15,816 nt of DNA from Pseudomonadota bacterium. Its GTDB lineage: Bacteria > Bdellovibrionota > FAC87 > UBA2466. A model generated the notes under the pieces. The model was not told where the DNA came from, made no database searches, and was given only the letters and a program-made list of their open reading frames with translations. A program made the translations under genes and the position numbers. Numbering within the stretch: the stretch's first letter is position 1; each line of letters opens with the position of its first letter. Positions 15,601 to 15,816 of the stretch are shown here, piece by piece. Location of the stretch: assembly GCA_043718025.1 (NCBI GenBank), contig JAYSWN010000017.1, positions 1 to 15,816 of the forward strand. The letters are read 5' to 3'.

Positions 15601-15816
15601 AGGTTGATACGGCCGATCCCAATGCCCGCGCCGAATACACTTGGATTATCGATAACTCTTCGTGGTGCGACAAAACGATCCGCGCGTTGAAGAAGTACAT
15701 TCATGTCTTCTACAACACGATGAGCGTTATCAAGCATCAGGGAATCTATCTCTCCGCCGATGCACAAAAGCACGACGGCACGCCGATTCGGGCCAACGGT
15801 GGTCCATTGCTTATCA
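12627..15816 (+). CDS. Large secreted adhesin-like protein: signal peptide, 10 tandem cadherin-like/He_PIG (putative Ig) repeats, then the start of a vWA-like domain; 3' end is beyond the window edge
   Basis: Manual translation gives an open frame of 1063 codons with no stop: MKAWFRLSSVMQTLAISLILISNTNTALA|EGRG.. followed by repeats of consensus N-x-PP-x-W...A-x-ED...D-x-DGD-x-L-x-[FY]...W-[LM]...G-x-L-x-GTP...D-VG...V-x-V-x-D. After the repeats comes AEYTWIIDNSSWC. Absent from the ORF track. Confidence 0.92.
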   Translation, partial: MKAWFRLSSVMQTLAISLILISNTNTALAEGRGPTFKVPPPGTIELPNAVPNSGYTFDLKTLLATQGEPPLKWEVSGAPIWLKLDSANSRVTGNPSAADAGLAKFRISVQDKNVEGGEIDRDIQILVFAPPQFTTDKIDLGIQNEDVAWTFDLKPYVKNPAGGPLTFDSSGLRPWMSLDKATGILTGTPRRTHVGTYTGITFVVKGTGGESTASAYGQVKLVIKPPKWIKKEIAIENANEDSPYSRNVVEFVINTDPLINDIKYEIISATPPPWLKIGTSSGNLFGTPKAVNIGAISVTVRLSAVYSGVTYDDTSTFKFSVIHVNHPPEWLAKPLNLPSGATGVAYAQDLSKSAKDVDVGDVLTYSIIAFNGPGTAWATIDAKTGKLSGTPKKDNVGDNSFMVSVTDQGGLSDQTTVQMKVIKSNEPPYWLANPTILPTAKEDQSYGQDLNNFAKDPDGDKLTYTLLDNVSWLTLNPNGVLSGTPSKKDLGLHKFTVRVSDGIAGSAVAEIQVFVEHTNHAPVWTQNPIILTVKEKLPMSESIAAFAQDPDDGDKLVFSLIEGKPWASLSAEGLFTGTPQREDVGDNTYKVRVADIGGLVADVTVIIRVLHVNQPPYWTDNPVILPNAKEGEGYSASVYDFAKDPDLNDTKRFVKLAGGPSWVRLSADGVVSGTPQRGDVGVNEFQVRVLDKENADAVTTVRITVEKVNRPPRWRQNPILLGQAFEDTTFSFNLADYAIDDDGDKLTFTKIDGPAWMFVGQDGTLTGTPMKSDVGPFVATFRVSDGQLSADTKGQGEVVHKNHPPVINAGMPIFEVKERSIRIEDLTKWVSDSDNDKLTFELESFAEFVTLSADGSLKMSPKFKHIGDHTLKFKVNDAEMAAHGEIKIKVLRDPRPPVWLTDPIRFEAKTNELFTASVSGEARDLDGLRITFKKKSGPDWLAMDSEGNLRGTPKEADLGQRQWEVDACNDLLCATGHVIVVVKVGTQVDEIQVDTADPNARAEYTWIIDNSSWCDKTIRALKKYIHVFYNTMSVIKHQGIYLSADAQKHDGTPIRANGGPLLI
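12717..15580 (+). repeat. Ten protein-level tandem repeats of about 92-102 aa (diverged at DNA level)
   Basis: Repeat starts: ~12717 (GRGPTF), 13011 (APPQF), 13296 (KPPKW), 13599 (NHPPEW), 13899 (NEPPYW), 14181 (NHAPVW), 14463 (NQPPYW), 14751 (NRPPRW), 15030 (NHPPVI), 15306 (PRPPVW). Confidence 0.9.

Noticed and set aside
12596..15773. Short minus-strand and off-frame ORFs within the adhesin region
   Set aside because: All lie inside the continuous plus-strand frame starting at 12627, which explains the region.
1..15816. Mobile elements, prophage, defence systems, tRNA or rRNA genes
   Set aside because: No transposase, integrase, nuclease or RNA-gene signatures were seen, and nearly all sequence is accounted for by the listed CDSs.

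Overview
This is a bacterial chromosomal window, mostly housekeeping genes. Gene order and protein style suggest a Bdellovibrionota/deltaproteobacteria-like genome (inference). The left 10.8 kb holds two apparent minus-strand transcription units. One is cpoB/ybgF-like TPR lipoprotein, LysM/TsaP-like protein, a secreted GH18-like protein with degenerate catalytic motif, dprA, smg and topA. The other is a small outer-membrane beta-barrel, HMG-CoA lyase, an enoyl-CoA (methylglutaconyl-CoA-type) hydratase and B12-dependent methionine synthase metH, which runs off the left edge and is missing from the ORF track. On the plus strand are a TldD/PmbA-family protein lacking the HExxxH motif, a 427-bp intergenic region, and the first 1063 codons of a large secreted adhesin-like protein (also missing from the ORF track). 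That protein has 10 tandem cadherin-like/He_PIG Ig repeats followed by a vWA-like domain with a degenerate MIDAS motif. No RNA genes, CRISPR arrays or mobile elements were found. The most notable points are the adhesin, the apparent pseudo-enzymes, a Lys/Ala-rich N-terminal extension on TopA, and candidate leaderless promoters heading both minus-strand operons.
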